A stretch of 64,000 nucleotides of DNA from Eledone cirrhosa (taxonomy: Eukaryota), in assembly GCA_964016885.1 (NCBI GenBank), contig OZ024744.1, positions 41,106,001-41,170,000 of the forward strand, given 5' to 3'. Made by a program: the position numbers and the translations under genes. The notes under the pieces were generated by a model. That model was not told where the DNA came from. It searched no databases and was given only the letters and a program-made list of their open reading frames with translations. This document shows positions 24,613 through 38,000 of this stretch, piece by piece. Each line of letters opens with the position of its first letter. Within the stretch, counting starts at the first letter, position 1.

Positions 24613-27300
24613 AAGTTAAAAGAAATGACAGCTAAGGTAAACAAAGTCATCCCATACCTTGAGGCGAAGAGCCTTCACTAAATCAACAACATCCTCAAAG
24701 CAACCGCAAATGTGGTGAAACAATTACTTGGTATAAAAACGAGAGGAAACAACAAACAAGAAATATCAGAACCTTAGTGGAAGAAACGACTGAATGGTCA
24801 AATCAAGGAAATGAGATAAGACATTGGAAAGGTTGAGTCTTTACTGAATGGAACATTACAAAACATAGACACTAAAGATAGATTGAAAATAAAATACAAC
24901 ACTAAGGGAAAAAAGTTAAATGTTATCATAGAGGAACTAAAGCAACACATCGTAGCATATGAGAACAGAGTTAGTCAGTATAGACAGAACCACACGTTTG
25001 ACAACAACCAGAAGATGTTATTTGATCAGGTTGAAGGGAAAGAAAGAAGTAACGACCTGATCCCTGAACAGACTAAGGCATTTTGGAGAGGAATATGGGA
25101 GCAGGGTGTTGAATATAATAGTCAGGCAGTGTGGATTGAGACAGTTAAAAAGGAGATTAGTGAACAAGCACACCAACAACCTGATTTGAGTATCACAGCT
25201 GAAACTCTTAAAAAACAGGCCAAAAAACTAACCAACTGGAAATCACCAGGCCCAGATGGTGTGCAAGGATATTGGACAACAGATATAACACCTCACCACC
25301 CATAACTGACAGCCATGTTCAATGACTGCTTAGTATTGGGTAAAGTACCAGAGTGGTTGACAAAAGGTACCACACTCTGGTAATGAAAGACCGAATCAAG
25401 GATAATGGGGTTACCAACTATAGGCCTATCACATGCCTGTCCATAATGTGGAAACTGCTAACAAGCATTGTGTCTGAGGAAATTAACTATCACCTCTACA
25501 TAAACAACTTATTGCCGGATGAACAGAAAGAAGTTCTTTGGTACAAAACACCAGTTACTTATTGATATGATGGTAATAAGGAATTGCAAGAGGAAGCATA
25601 CTGGTCTTGACATGAGATGGATAGACTACAAGAAGGCATTCGGCATGGCTCCTCATTCTTGGATAACCAAAAGCCTAGATATCTTCAAGGTAGCAAACAA
25701 CATCAGACGGCTATTAAGTAAAAGTATGAAGTTCTGGGAAATAGAGCTAACATCAGCTGGAGAATCCTAGGGAGGCGTGAAGATCAAGAGAGGTATCTTC
25801 CAGGGAGATAGTTTCTCTCCTTTGTTGTTTGTCCTTATCTTCATACCCTTGTCCCTCATATTGCGAAAAGTGAAAGCAGGTTACAAGCTGGGAAGAGGAG
25901 AGCTTACCATCAACCACCTCATCTTCATGGACGATCTTAAACTCTTTGGCAAGAGTGAGAAGGAGTTGGATGTACTTGTTGACACTGTTCGTATATTCAG
26001 CAATGATATATGTAAGGAATTTGGTGTTAATAAGTGTGGAGCCCTAGTGAAGAAGAGAGGTAAATTGAACAGAAGCAATGGAAACCCGGCTACCAATGGG
26101 TGAGATGATAAAGGATATCGACACTGAGGTGGGATACAAATATTTAGGTGTTCTGGAGGCAGATGGCATCAAGAACAAAAACATGAAGGAATTGATAAGA
26201 TCTGAGTACACAAGGAGAGTAAGGAACGTATTAAAATCACATCTAAATAGTAGGAATGTCACAAGTGCAGTAAATTCCCGAGCTGTCTCTATTATTAGGT
26301 ACAGTGTGGGAATTCTGAAATGGAATGTTGCTGAACAAAAAGAAATGGATAGGAAGACTAGGAAGCTATTGACTATCTACAACATGTTCCACAAAAGGAG
26401 TGATGTCGATAGACTCTACTTAAAGATATCTGAAGGTGGAAGAGGTCTTATCAGCATAGAGGACTGTGTTCAGATGGAGAAAACAGTGTGCACAAATATA
26501 TGTCTGACTGTAGGGAGCCAATGCTCAAAGCTGCACTGAAGGAGAATACAATAGACTAGGGGATGTCTACGGAGGAAATAACAACAAAGCGGAAGAGCAA
26601 TCTTCTTGAAAAATCGCTTTATAGCACCTTCTTTAAGAAAACAGAATTTAGAGATCCACTGACATGGAGCTGGTTGAAAAGAGGAGACCTTAAAAAACCT
26701 ACAGAAGGAATGCTAATGGCTGCACAAGAGCAGGCCCTCAGAACAAAGTGGGTGAAGCACCATATTGACATGGAGGAGGCTAGCTCTGTGAAGACGAGAG
26801 AGAGGAAACTGTGGCTCACATTGTATCCGAGTGTAAACACCTAGCCCAGACTCACTATAAAGACTGGAGGCATCATATAATAGGAAAGGTGATTCACTGG
26901 CATTTATTTTATGCAAACTAAATAATTTACCACATTCTGAGAAATGGTATGAGCATAAACCAGTCGGTGATAGAAAACAACTAAGTTAAGGTGCTATGGG
27001 ATTTTAGACAAACAAGAAATTAGAACATAATAGGCTTGACCTGGTGATTTTTGACAAGGAAAAAAATTGTGTCTGATTGTAGATGTAGCCTGTCCCTAGA
27101 GTGCAAGAAAAGGAGAGGGAGAAAATTAACCGATAGCAGAATTTAAAGTGGAAATTGAGATTGAAGAGTTTTCAAGAATGATTTAAAGACCCTTCAAAAG
27201 GCATGCTTGCTGGGAACACCAAGAACCCTCTCATACATCCTGAATATCTGAGGCTGCAGATAGTGGCTTGATGTTCATTTGAACAAACTTTCCAGTTAAA
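24613..27300 (+). mobile_element. Decayed R4/Dong-like element (RT + RLE)
   Basis: NWKSPGPDGVQGYW; YRPITCL; WIDYKKAF; RGIFQGDSFSP; HLIFMDDLKL; YKYLG; 3' end matches 23000-23110. Confidence 0.92.
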
Positions 27301-27319
27301 TAACCAAAAGAGGCAAGAA

Positions 27320-28285
27320 CATTTAGGCAAAAACTGGACATGGAATGAGGCATACCGTTAGAAAATCAATTGCTACACAGCTAAACTATATCTGTGAAGA
27401 TCAAAGCAAAGAAACTCCAAACAGAGGAACTAAACTGTGAATGGAAGGCAAAACCACTACATGGCAGATTCCCAGAACGACTTTCTCACAATGATATCTA
27501 TCAGCATGGTTCACTATCCTGGCCCAGAAGTGCTGGTTTGAAAGCAGAGACTAGGGGACCCTTAGTCGCTGCACAAGACCAAACTCTAAACACTCGGGCC
27601 TATAGACACAGAATAGTGAAAGAGGGGACTAGCGCACTATCCAGAATATGCTACAAATGTGAAGAAATGGTAGATCATGTTATCTCAGGGTGTCCAGAGC
27701 TGGCAAAAATTGACTATATTGAAAGACACAACCGCATTACCAAATATGAGCACCGGATGCTCTGCCGCTCTCATGACATCCAAACTGCTAATAAATGGTA
27801 TGAACATCAACCAAAAACAGTCATGGAAAAGGGCAACATATCCCTCTTATGGGATATACCTGTGATAACCAACGGAGAAATTGCTGCCAACAGACCAGAT
27901 ATCATCATACAAAACAAAACAGATCAGATATGTAGTCTTATAGATATTTCCTTACCAGCTGACAAGAATATATTTATAAAAACAATGGAAAAACACAAAA
28001 TACAAAGACCTGGAAGTAAAGATCAACCACATATGGAGGATGACCACAAACACTATCCCTGGGATAATAGGAGCACTAGGATTAATACCCAAATCCTCAG
28101 ACCAGCACCTTAGTCCCTTCTCTGCAAGATCAGAACATATGAGCTACAGAAGATCAGGCTACTAGGAACAGCACACATTTCCAGATGAGTTCTCTCTCTA
28201 CAATGAAAACATCTATTGCCAGGTTCAAAGCCTGAACCTGGCAATAGAGAAACAGAACTGAGCTAAACGCAATAGCACAATAATA
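27320..28285 (+). mobile_element. 3' fragment of another R4/Dong-like family
   Basis: WKAKPLHGRF; GLKAETRGPLVAAQDQTL; ERHN; ANRPDIII; LIDISLP. Confidence 0.85.
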
Positions 28286-28287
28286 TT

Positions 28288-28472
28288 AATTGTTTCTACT
28301 TTAGGCACAAGGCCAGCAATCACCCAGTGCATTACTGGTACTTTATTTTATCGACCCCGTAAGGATGAAAGGCAAAGTCAACCTCGGCGGGATTTGAACT
28401 CAGATCGTAAAGGGACGTAACTATGCTGGAAAGCATGGCGTTCGACCCTCTACCGATACTGCCAATCCACCA
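28288..28472 (-). mobile_element. tRNA-derived SINE
   Basis: Same family as 23650; A box tggcagtatcgg, B box gagttcaaatcc on minus strand. Confidence 0.85.
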
Positions 28473-30001
28473 ATAATATTAATAATCATCATTTTTATGT
28501 CTGTTTTTCCATGCTTGCATGGCTTGGACATAATGATAATCATCATTTTCATGATCATGTTTTTGGCAGGATTTTTCTGGCTGAATGCCCTTCTTATCAC
28601 CAACTAACTACCTTACTGAACTCAAGAGTCTTCTCCGCCCCATGTTAGGTTTTATTTGGAGTGTCTGCTCTCCTAGATGTGTTGCCTTCACTACGGCTTA
28701 CAGAGCCTATGTCTACTATGTGCAGTAGTCTTTAATCGGAGTTACTGCCCTCCTAGATGGGTTGCAAAAAACTGGTTTGCATTACCGAAATCCCCTAGAC
28801 ATTGGAATGGACTGCCATCAGTTTTGACAGTGAGTTTTCTAGTTGTTCCTGAAATCAATGTGCAAGTCGATGGGTATTTCACAGATTTATGTCCTCTTAT
28901 CATAATTCTCAAGGAAATATAGTGTGACACATGGGACAAGACTGGCCCATTAAATTACATGTGTAGTCCACCTAGTATCAGACTGCAAGTGAATGAGCAT
29001 TCCATAGTCACATGTACCTTTAACATAATTCTCAGGGAGATTCAGTATAATGCAATACTGTGTGACAAATCTAGTTCTTTGACAAATCTAGTTCTTTGAA
29101 TTACAGGCACAATCCCTCCAACAGGCTTCCAAAGAGTTTCTTTCTACCTAATTTCACTCACACGGCTTGGGTTAACTCAAAACGATGATAAATGACAGTT
29201 GTCCAAGATATCACATCATTGGATTGAACTCAGGATCTTATGATTGTTAAACAAACTTTATAACCATAGCCAAGAGATTATCACTTACTATATGATGCCT
29301 GGAATAAAAAATAATCCATTAAGTTATATTTATCATAAATAGATTTATAAACAGTGTTTGTTTCATATAAGAAGAAAACAATTGATCAAAGGTCAGACAT
29401 ATTTTCTTATAATAATACGACAAAAAAAAAGATGATAATTATTGTTTTTATAAAAATAAAACTAGAAAAATCTGAACTTTTTTTTTACTAGAATATATTT
29501 TTAGTTTTCTTTCCGACTAATGCGATCTATTTTAATTATTTTTTAAAGTATCTTATATAATAATCTAATATCATTTGCTTAAAAAAAAGGACAATAAAAA
29601 GTCAATGTTTTTTCTTTTGTATAACAATTATCCAGAGATTAAGCAGAAGTAAAGAAATAGACGATAGAAAGCCAGCCTAAAAGGTCTTGCATTTCAGTTA
29701 GCTTCCATGTATCCAAATGATACAAACTGTGTGTATTTTGTTCAGATAACTAATCTTATCATAGACAAATGAAACTATACTGAACATAATTAGATTTTAT
29801 GTCATTGACACAATAAAGTCTACCCTTGTTCAATGTTTTCATGCCTTTTCAGATGTGATCTAGATGCTGTAAAATCATTCTTTTCAATTTAATTGTCAAT
29901 ATGTATGCTTTCTCTTTACAGATAAGGTAACAGGAACAAACTCGATTATTGTAACATTTTATTTGTATGTTGTGCTCATATATATATGTTGTAACATATA
30001 T

Positions 30002-30622
30002 ATCACTACCAGTGGTACCCAGCGTTGCACGGGATAAGGAATTTTGGAATGCGGGCCCTAGGGGATCAAGAAATGTTTATGTGCATAATATATATGCCTT
30101 AAAATTTCGGGAAAAATCGGCTAGACGTAACGCCTCCAAAAAGCCCTAAAAAGCTGAAAAAATGAAGTTTTTCACCTAGGAGATCAAAAAGTTGAATTTT
30201 TTTATGTGCATAACACTCCCTGAAACATAAGTAATACACATGTAAAGCTAAAAAAAATCGGTTGGGTACTTCTCGAGTTTTAGGGATTCAAACGCACAGA
30301 CACACACACAGATACAGACATCCTCAGGGAAGTGACGTAATGCAGACAGCTAGACATACAGACAGATATTATAAGGGCGCTACGTTATATGTATGTATCT
30401 ATCTAAAAAGAGAAAGACTAAGAATTATAGAGAGAGATCGCTAAATCACCTAATGTGGCCTCTAGGGCATTGAAAATTTGAATTTTTCTTTGCTCAGAAC
30501 GCTCCCTGAAACATAAGTATTACATATGTAAAGTTTCAAAACAATCGGTTGGGTGGTTCGCGAGTTTTAGGGATTCAAACTCACACACACAGACAGGCAT
30601 CCTCCGTTTTATATATATAGAT
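30002..30622 (+). mobile_element. Non-autonomous Helitron-like (Lep1/DINE-type) element with internal duplication
   Basis: 5' actaccagtggtacccagcgttgcacggg and 3' cacacacagacaggcatcctccgttttatatatatagat termini; ~30190-30300 duplicated at ~30477-30590. Confidence 0.55.
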
Positions 30623-30639
30623 GATATATAATTTTACCA

Positions 30640-31930
30640 TTATATCTGCATCAATGGCCGAACTAGAGAAGAAATTCCAAACATGGAAGCATGGCCTAGA
30701 ATCAAAAGGCCTTAAAATTAACCTGTCTAAGACTAAAGTTCTAGTTTGTAGGAAGGAAAATAGGGTACCACTCCCATCTGGGAAATGGCCATGCTCAGTG
30801 TGTAGGAAAGGAGTAGGCAGAAACTCCATTTTATGTCCCAAATGCAAAGTATGGGTGCATAAAAGATGTAGTGGGATCACAGGTAAGCTAACTAAGAATA
30901 TAGATTTTATATGTGGCCGGTTCTCTGGTGCAATAAGTAGCAGCAAGTGCCCACAGAATACTAGCTCATTCCATTGCACAGATGGTTCTATAGAAATAGT
31001 GGACACCTTCCGTTACCTGGGTTACAAAATCAACAGTGGTGGAGGGTGCTCTGAAAGTACAGTAGCTAGAGTCAGAACGGGATGGAAAAAGTTCAGAGAG
31101 CTTATACCACTATTAGCCGCTAAAGGGTTCTCTCTAAAAATGAAAGGCTGGCTGTATGATGCCTGCATACGAACAGCAATGTTACATGGCAGTGAGACCT
31201 GGGCATTGTGTGCAGAGGATATACGCAGACTAGAGAGGAACGAAGATTGCATGCTCCGCTGGATGTGTATAGTAATAACGAACGCATAAACGAACTAAGG
31301 GAGAAATTAGGAATAAGAGGGATCAGATGCTGTTTACTCGAGAGAAGACTACGTTGGTACGGTCACGTGGTGCGCATGAAAGACGACAGCTGTATAAAAA
31401 AGTGCAGGGCGATAAAAATAGACGGTAGCCAGGGAGTAGGCAGACCCAGAAAAACCTGGGACGACTTGATAAATTCCGACCTCACACACACCTCTCCAAG
31501 ACAATGTCACTGGACCGAGATCTTTAGCGCTACACAGTCATACAGAAGATCCGCCTTGCCTAAGTACAAAGCGAAACCTTCAGTCAGTAGGCACCTCTAA
31601 CAAAAATACACCCCCGTCCCACTACCCCACCCCATCCACACCACCACCCTTAAATGTGAAGTTATGTTGGTACCACAACATCCAGTCCGAAACAAATGAG
31701 GTCGTGCAGGTGTCACGACAAAAAAACATACAGTCCACGCTGTAATGTGGTCATGTAGGTAACATTGTAAAAACCTCCCAGTCCACACTGTAAACGTGGT
31801 TGGTGTTAGGAAGGGCATCCAGCCGTAGAAAACCCGCCAGACAGTCCTATACGAGCAAGACAACCAATCTTGCCTCAAGTGGGAAAATTCCCGTCCAAAC
31901 CCATGCTAGCGTGGAAGATGGACGTTAAAC

Positions 31931-31978
<48 letters not shown>
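30640..31978 (+). mobile_element. 5'-truncated RTE-clade LINE with (GAT)n tail
   Basis: GLKINLSKTKVL; FRYLG; RTAMLHGSETW; RRLRWYGHVVR; GRPRKTW; 3' UTR ends gttaaac(gat)n. Confidence 0.88.
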
Positions 31979-32364
31979 ATTATTGTGTTTTCTGTCAAGA
32001 AATGTTATCTTTTCGTTCTCTTCGAACCCAACCATGCCTAATCCATGCATTCCTTTCTCAGATCATAGTCTTTCACATCTTTTTCTCCTTCATCTCAAAA
32101 TTTCTTTTTTTATTTCACCATATCCCAACTCCTCTCAACACCATTGCCACACCAACCAATCATACCTCTACAGCACAAACTAACAACTAGCTAACTCAAT
32201 CTCCTCCAAGGACAGTTGTTTTCGATCTGATGTTTGTTTCTATATGGCATATGGATTACTAAGTTGTTGGAGCATTACTAATCAACAAATATGAACCCCC
32301 CAACCACCTCTGGACAATCACGCAATCGCTTTTCTTCTTTATTTCAGACATGGAAAACCAACAC

Positions 32365-33640
32365 CAACTCTCTAGCTGAACTAGAGATGAAATTCCAAAC
32401 CTGGAATCGAGGCCTAGAATCTAAAGGTTTTAAAGTCAACCTGGCAAAGACTAAAGTCCTAGTAAGTAACAGGGCCCAGATCTCCTCTGGGAAATGGCCC
32501 TGCTCAGTGTATAGAAAAGGAGTAGGTAGAAATTCTATTCTATGTACCAAATGCAAGCATTGGGTACACAAGAGATGTAGTGGGATCTCAAGCAGGCCTA
32601 GAAAGAATGTAGGTTTTACTTGTGGCTGGTGTACAGGGCAGTAAGTAGCAAGAACTCTCAGGATACAACCACCTTCAAATGCTTGAGGGCTCGGTTGAAG
32701 TGTTAGAGAGTTTCCATTACCTGGGTGACCAAATCAGGAGTGGGGTAGGATGTTCTGAAAGCACAGTAACCAGAGTGAGATCAGGTTGGAGAAAATTCAG
32801 GGAGCTACTACCGTTACTAACTACAAAGGGTTTTTCTCTCAAAATGAAAGGCAGACTGAATGATGCATGTATACAAACAGCAATGTTGCACAGCAGCAAG
32901 ACCTGGGCACTGTGCTGAGGACCTGCAAAGACTGGAAAGACATGGAGCCTCCATGCTTTGCTGGATGTGCAATAGCAATATACGTGAATGGCAAAGTATA
33001 AATATACTGCATGAGAAATTAGGCATAAGAGGGATCAGTGGTTATATGGAGGAGAGGAGATTGCATTAGTATGGACATGTGATATGTATGAGTGCAGAGT
33101 ACTCAAAGTTGATGGTAACCGTGGTGTGGGCTGGCCTATGACAACTGATACAGGACTGCAATCTCTGGTGCTATGCAGTTTTACAGAAGACCTGTCCTCT
33201 ATCATTCTCAGGATGAGGCTTATACTTAGCAGGCAACACCTTCCTCAACCTTCTATCCTCTTTCATTCAACTCCTTTAGTGGTAACCAAACCTCCCCTGC
33301 TATCCTGTTCACTTTTTTCCCCAAGCTTCTTCCTCGCTTCCTAGTTCCAAGACAAAAGTGCCGAGGCCCCACTGCAAAGTGGTTGTGTCGGTGACATGAC
33401 AAAGGTGCCCAGTACACAATGTAAAGTGGTCATGTAGGTGACACGACAAAAAGTGCCCAGTACACACTGTAAAATGGTCATGTAGGTGACACAACAAAAA
33501 GCACCCAGCAGACACTGTAAGGTAGGAAGGGCACCCAGCTGTAGAAACCAAGCTCAAATCTGCCCCGGGTGAACTCAACAAGGGTCAAACCATCCTACCC
33601 TAGAATGATGGACGCTAATTGACGAGGTTGATGATATATT
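32365..33640 (+). mobile_element. Second, more decayed RTE-clade fragment
   Basis: Collinear with 30640-31978; 3' UTR carries ~45 bp tandem units. Confidence 0.82.
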
Positions 33641-33807
33641 TATGTGTGTATATATGAAGTATGTATGTGTATGTATGATATATGTATGTATATTACATAT
33701 ATGGTATATGTATATGCATGCAAATATATATATATGTGTATATCATTAACATGATATGTGAATGTACTCGTATGTATGTATATATATAAATATATGTATA
33801 TTATACT

Positions 33808-34033
33808 GGTACCACAAAGCACCAAGCCCACACTGTAAAGTGGATGTGTAAAAGACACGGCAAAAAGCACCCGGCACACACTGTAAATGTGGTTGGCGTT
33901 AGGAAGGACATCCAGCCATAGAAAACCAGCCAGAGACTCTCCTATATGAGCGAGAGATGATCACCCAACCCAACTTGCCTCTAAATGAGACAAACCCGTC
34001 TAACCCATGCTAGCATGGAAGATAGACGTTAAT

Positions 34034-34068
<35 letters not shown>
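33808..34068 (+). mobile_element. RTE-related 3' tail (SINE or truncated LINE)
   Basis: aaaagcacccggcacactgtaaatgtggttggcgttaggaaggacatccagcc..catgctagcatggaa..(gat)n. Confidence 0.75.
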
Positions 34069-34923
34069 TTTATGAGTAAACATTTGAAGGCCTTTAGCTA
34101 TAGATTTTACTGGTGATAGCAGTGCCACATCTGCCTAGTTCCAGTGGAAACAAGTGAGTGGGGAATAGTCGCCAGCCGTTTGGCCATTCTCAAGACTACA
34201 CACCCCTTTCCTTCTTCATACTGGAACTATTTATAGCACTAAAGTATGCAGCATTTTGAACAACTTAATCAGTTGGAGACATTAAAATCTATGAATGAAC
34301 AACAGTTAAAGGTCTACTTATATGGTATTTATAATGTCCTTGCAGATGCAGTGTGCTTGGCCTATTGTACTATTATAGTTTAGAATGCTGAACTCTGAAC
34401 AAAGGGATTTAACCCTTTAGCAATCACATTACTCTATATATATACTATTATATTTTCATGGTAAATGCTTTATCTCATATAAGATCGAATCTATGAGATT
34501 TTGAAAGTATTTATTTTGAGAACAATACCTTAACATCAGTTTGAGTGACCAGTTACAGCCAGTTTCAACAGAAAAAGGTAGAGAATTCTGGCCGATTTTG
34601 GCCGGTTTGAACATTAAAGGGTTAAGGCATTTGAAATGTAGCGTTACAGGCAGATGATGGTTAACTGGATAGAAACTGTCAGAAACAACACAGTGCTTAA
34701 CATGGTCAAAACAGCCAAATGAGTCATAAGGATTATCAAAGGGAAGAAGCTGAAGTAATTTGGCCACCTGATGAGGCGCTGAACGATTGCTGACAACAGT
34801 GAAGTGGCAGAGAGGATGAGCAAATTGCTGAAGACTATGGCTGGATGACACCAGGAAATGGATGAATGATGGCAACTTCAGCAGTTCATTCAGAGACAGA
34901 TTACTGTCTCTGAATGATATCGG

Positions 34924-35075
34924 TTGCCCTCCAACAGGTTTGCTGTTGAGCCCGTAGCAGTGGAGACTTATGGTGTCCTTGGCCCTAGGACCACCATTGG
35001 TGCAGAGCTGGCTACCTGCAGAAGTGCGCCTCGTGAGCTGGAGTGGGTCATCCAGCGCATCTCCTCTGAGGAAAC
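34924..35075 (+). pseudogene. Short fragment resembling the RLE C-terminus of a CRE-type non-LTR element
   Basis: PVAVETYGVLGP..EWVIQRIS resembles P.A.ET.G.WG..QRLS. Confidence 0.45.
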
Positions 35076-35139
35076 GCCTTCTCTAATCTGTCCGCCGGGG
35101 CTGTGGGACGGCCAGCGCATGGGCCCCCATTTGCTCATA

Positions 35140-35330
35140 ATAATTGTTTCTACTTTAGGCACAAGGCCAGCAATTATCCAGTGCATTACTGGTACTTTAT
35201 TTTATCGACCCCGTAAGGATGAAAGGCAAAGTCAACCTCGGCGGGATTTGAACTCAGATCGTAAAGGGACGTAAATATGCTGGAAAGCATGGCGTCCGAC
35301 CCTCTACCGATACTGCCAATCCACCGCCAT
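35140..35330 (-). mobile_element. tRNA-derived SINE with target-site duplication
   Basis: Same family as 28288; flanked by direct repeat ccatttgctcataataat (~35127 and ~35327). Confidence 0.88.
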
Positions 35331-35487
35331 TTGCTCATAATAATGAGAGATGGGGAGAGCAGGAGAGACAAATGTGGTGAGAGTAGGAATTTGGTTCCTC
35401 TCTGTTTGGACCTGTGTAGTGACTAATATAAGAATTATATCAAAACTGGCATATCTTTAAAGTAGAAGTTATCTCCCTTAGAAACTA

Positions 35488-35525
<38 letters not shown>

Positions 35526-35544
35526 AATACATATATATATATAT

Positions 35545-35755
35545 AATTTTAATTGAATATAAAAGAAAAACGAACACAGATATATACATATATGTGTTCA
35601 AATCAGAAGGGACCAGATTCGCTAAGGTGAAAAGAATACTAACTATAGACAATAGGGTTTGCCTGTCTCGATTTAAGAAAAAGATCCCTTGCGATTTGAA
35701 CACAGATATGTATATATCTGTGTTCGGTTTTCCTTTTCTTTTATATTCAATTATA
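35545..35755. repeat. Imperfect inverted repeat with internal hairpin gaacacagat..atctgtgttc
   Basis: aattgaatataaaagaaaa..gttcaaatc..aaggga vs tccctt..gatttgaac..ttttcttttatattcaatt. Confidence 0.75.
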
Positions 35756-35837
35756 ATATACGGCTCAGAAAAATCTCTTTCTTAGAGCTATTTTATTGTA
35801 AGAGACTATTTTGAGTTCCTAACTGAATATATACATT

Positions 35838-35912
<75 letters not shown>

Positions 35913-35960
35913 TATGTATGTATACGTACATACATATATGTATACAGACGTACAGTAGCA

Positions 35961-36018
<58 letters not shown>

Positions 36019-36183
36019 CACATATGCATACAGGTACACATACATATATGCACGCATCAGTTTAGCCGACGTTTATTATAACGCAGCTTTGTTCGCATGT
36101 TTGTCAACAAACCGAACAGCCTGAATTTATGCCATACGGTGTTAAGGCAACCACGTCACCTTTTTGTTCAACACTGACACAGG

Positions 36184-36228
36184 AACGGTGTACTAGTTTC
36201 AAGCTTGTTAGCTATCATCAGCACCGTT
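36184..36228 (-). ncRNA. Minimal type-I hammerhead ribozyme, array copy 1
   Basis: aacggtg-CTGATGA-tagc(taacaa)gctt-GAAA-ctag-TA/caccgtt; perfect 7 bp stem I, palindromic CTAG. Confidence 0.9.
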
Positions 36229-36463
36229 TACCCATCTGCCAGATAGTTGAACGTTCGAAAGTATATACTTTCCTTATGAAAATTAACGGTTGAGCAGCCT
36301 AATTTGCATATTGAGTGAGTTAAATCGGTCAGGCATACCGAAAACGACAAGTTGAAAAAAAATGAAAGCGAAATTTCATTTCTCACTCTTAGTATGGCAC
36401 TTACTTAAATGTAAGTATGTATGTATACGTACATACATATATGTATACAGACGTACAGTAGCA

Positions 36464-36545
<82 letters not shown>

Positions 36546-36710
36546 CACATATGCATACAGGTACACATACATATATGCACGCATCAGTTTAGCCGACGTT
36601 TATTATAACGCAGCTTTATTCGCATGTTTGTCAACAAACCGAACAGCCTGAATTTATGCCATACGGTGTTAAGGCAACCACGTCACCTTTTTGTTCAACA
36701 CTGACACAGG

Positions 36711-36755
36711 AACGATGTACTAGTTTCAAGCTTGTTAGCTATCATCAGCACCGTT
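36711..36755 (-). ncRNA. Minimal type-I hammerhead ribozyme, array copy 2
   Basis: As copy 1, with a G-U pair in stem I (catcgtt). Confidence 0.9.
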
Positions 36756-36990
36756 TACCCATCTGCCAGATAGTTGAACGTTCGAAAGTATATACTTTCC
36801 TTATGAAAATTAACGGCTGAGCAGCCTAATTTGCATATTGAGTGAGTTAAATCGGTCAGGCATACCGAAAACGACAAGGTGAAAAAAAATGAAAACGAAA
36901 TTTCATTTCTCACTCTTAGTATGGCACTTACTTAAATGTAAGTATGTATGTATACGTACATACATATATGTATACAGACGTACAGTAGCA

Positions 36991-37040
<50 letters not shown>

Positions 37041-37205
37041 CACATATGCATACAGGTACACATACATATATGCACGCATCAGTTTAGCCGACGTTTATTA
37101 TAACGCAGCTTTGTTCGCATGTTTGTCAACAAACCGAACAGCCTGAAGTTATGCCATACGGTGTTAAGGCAACCACGTCACCTTTTTGTTCAACACTGAC
37201 ACAGG

Positions 37206-37250
37206 AACGATGTACTAGTTTCAAGCTTGTTAGCTATCATCAGCCCCGTT
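37206..37250 (-). ncRNA. Minimal type-I hammerhead ribozyme, array copy 3
   Basis: Core intact; one stem I mismatch (aacgggg). Confidence 0.8.
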
Positions 37251-37406
37251 TACCCATCTGCCAGATAGTTGAACGTTAAAAAGTATATACTTTCCTTTTG
37301 AAAATTAACGGCTGAGCAGCCTAATTTGCATATTGAGTGAGTTAAATAAGCCAGGCATACCGAAAACGACAAGTTGAAAAACGTTCAACTATCTGGCAGA
37401 TGGGTA

Positions 37407-37451
37407 AACGGTGCTGATGATAGCTAACAAGCTTGAAACTAGTACATCGTT
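37407..37451 (+). ncRNA. Minimal type-I hammerhead ribozyme, array copy 4
   Basis: aacggtg-CTGATGA(37414)-tagctaacaagctt-GAAA(37435)-ctag-TA/catcgtt; predicted cleavage after 37444. Confidence 0.9.
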
Positions 37452-37616
37452 CCTGTGTCAGTGTTGAACAAAAAGGTGACGTGGTTGCCTTAACACCGTA
37501 TGGCATAAATTCAGGCTGTTCGGTTTGTTGACAAACATGCGAACAAAGCTGCGTTATAATAAACGTCGGCTAAACTGATGCGTGCATATATGTATGTGTA
37601 CCTGTATGCATATGTG

Positions 37617-37720
<104 letters not shown>

Positions 37721-37874
37721 TGGTACTGTACGTCTGTATACAGATATGTATGTACGTATACATACATACTTACATTTAAGTAAGTGCCATACTAAGAGTG
37801 AGAAATGAAATTTCGTTTTCATTTTTTTTCAACTTGTCGTTTTCGGTATGCCTGACCGATTTAACTCACTCAAT

Positions 37875-37882
37875 ATGCAAAT
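37875..37882 (+). promoter_or_regulatory. Octamer motif ATGCAAAT in the array unit (ATTTGCAT in each inverted copy)
   Basis: Exact octamer ~80 nt upstream of the HHR core; function not shown. Confidence 0.35.
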
Positions 37883-37955
37883 TAGGCTGCTCAGCCGTTA
37901 ATTTTCATAAGGAAAGTATATACTTTTTAACGTTCAACTATCTGGCAGATGGGTA

Positions 37956-38000
37956 AACGGTGCTGATGATAGCTAACAAGCTTGAAACTAGTACATCGTT
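37956..38000 (+). ncRNA. Minimal type-I hammerhead ribozyme, array copy 5
   Basis: Identical to copy 4; predicted cleavage after 37993. Confidence 0.9.

Noticed and set aside
28380-28472. A/B boxes as a tRNA gene
   Set aside because: Part of a multi-copy SINE head; no complete cloverleaf.
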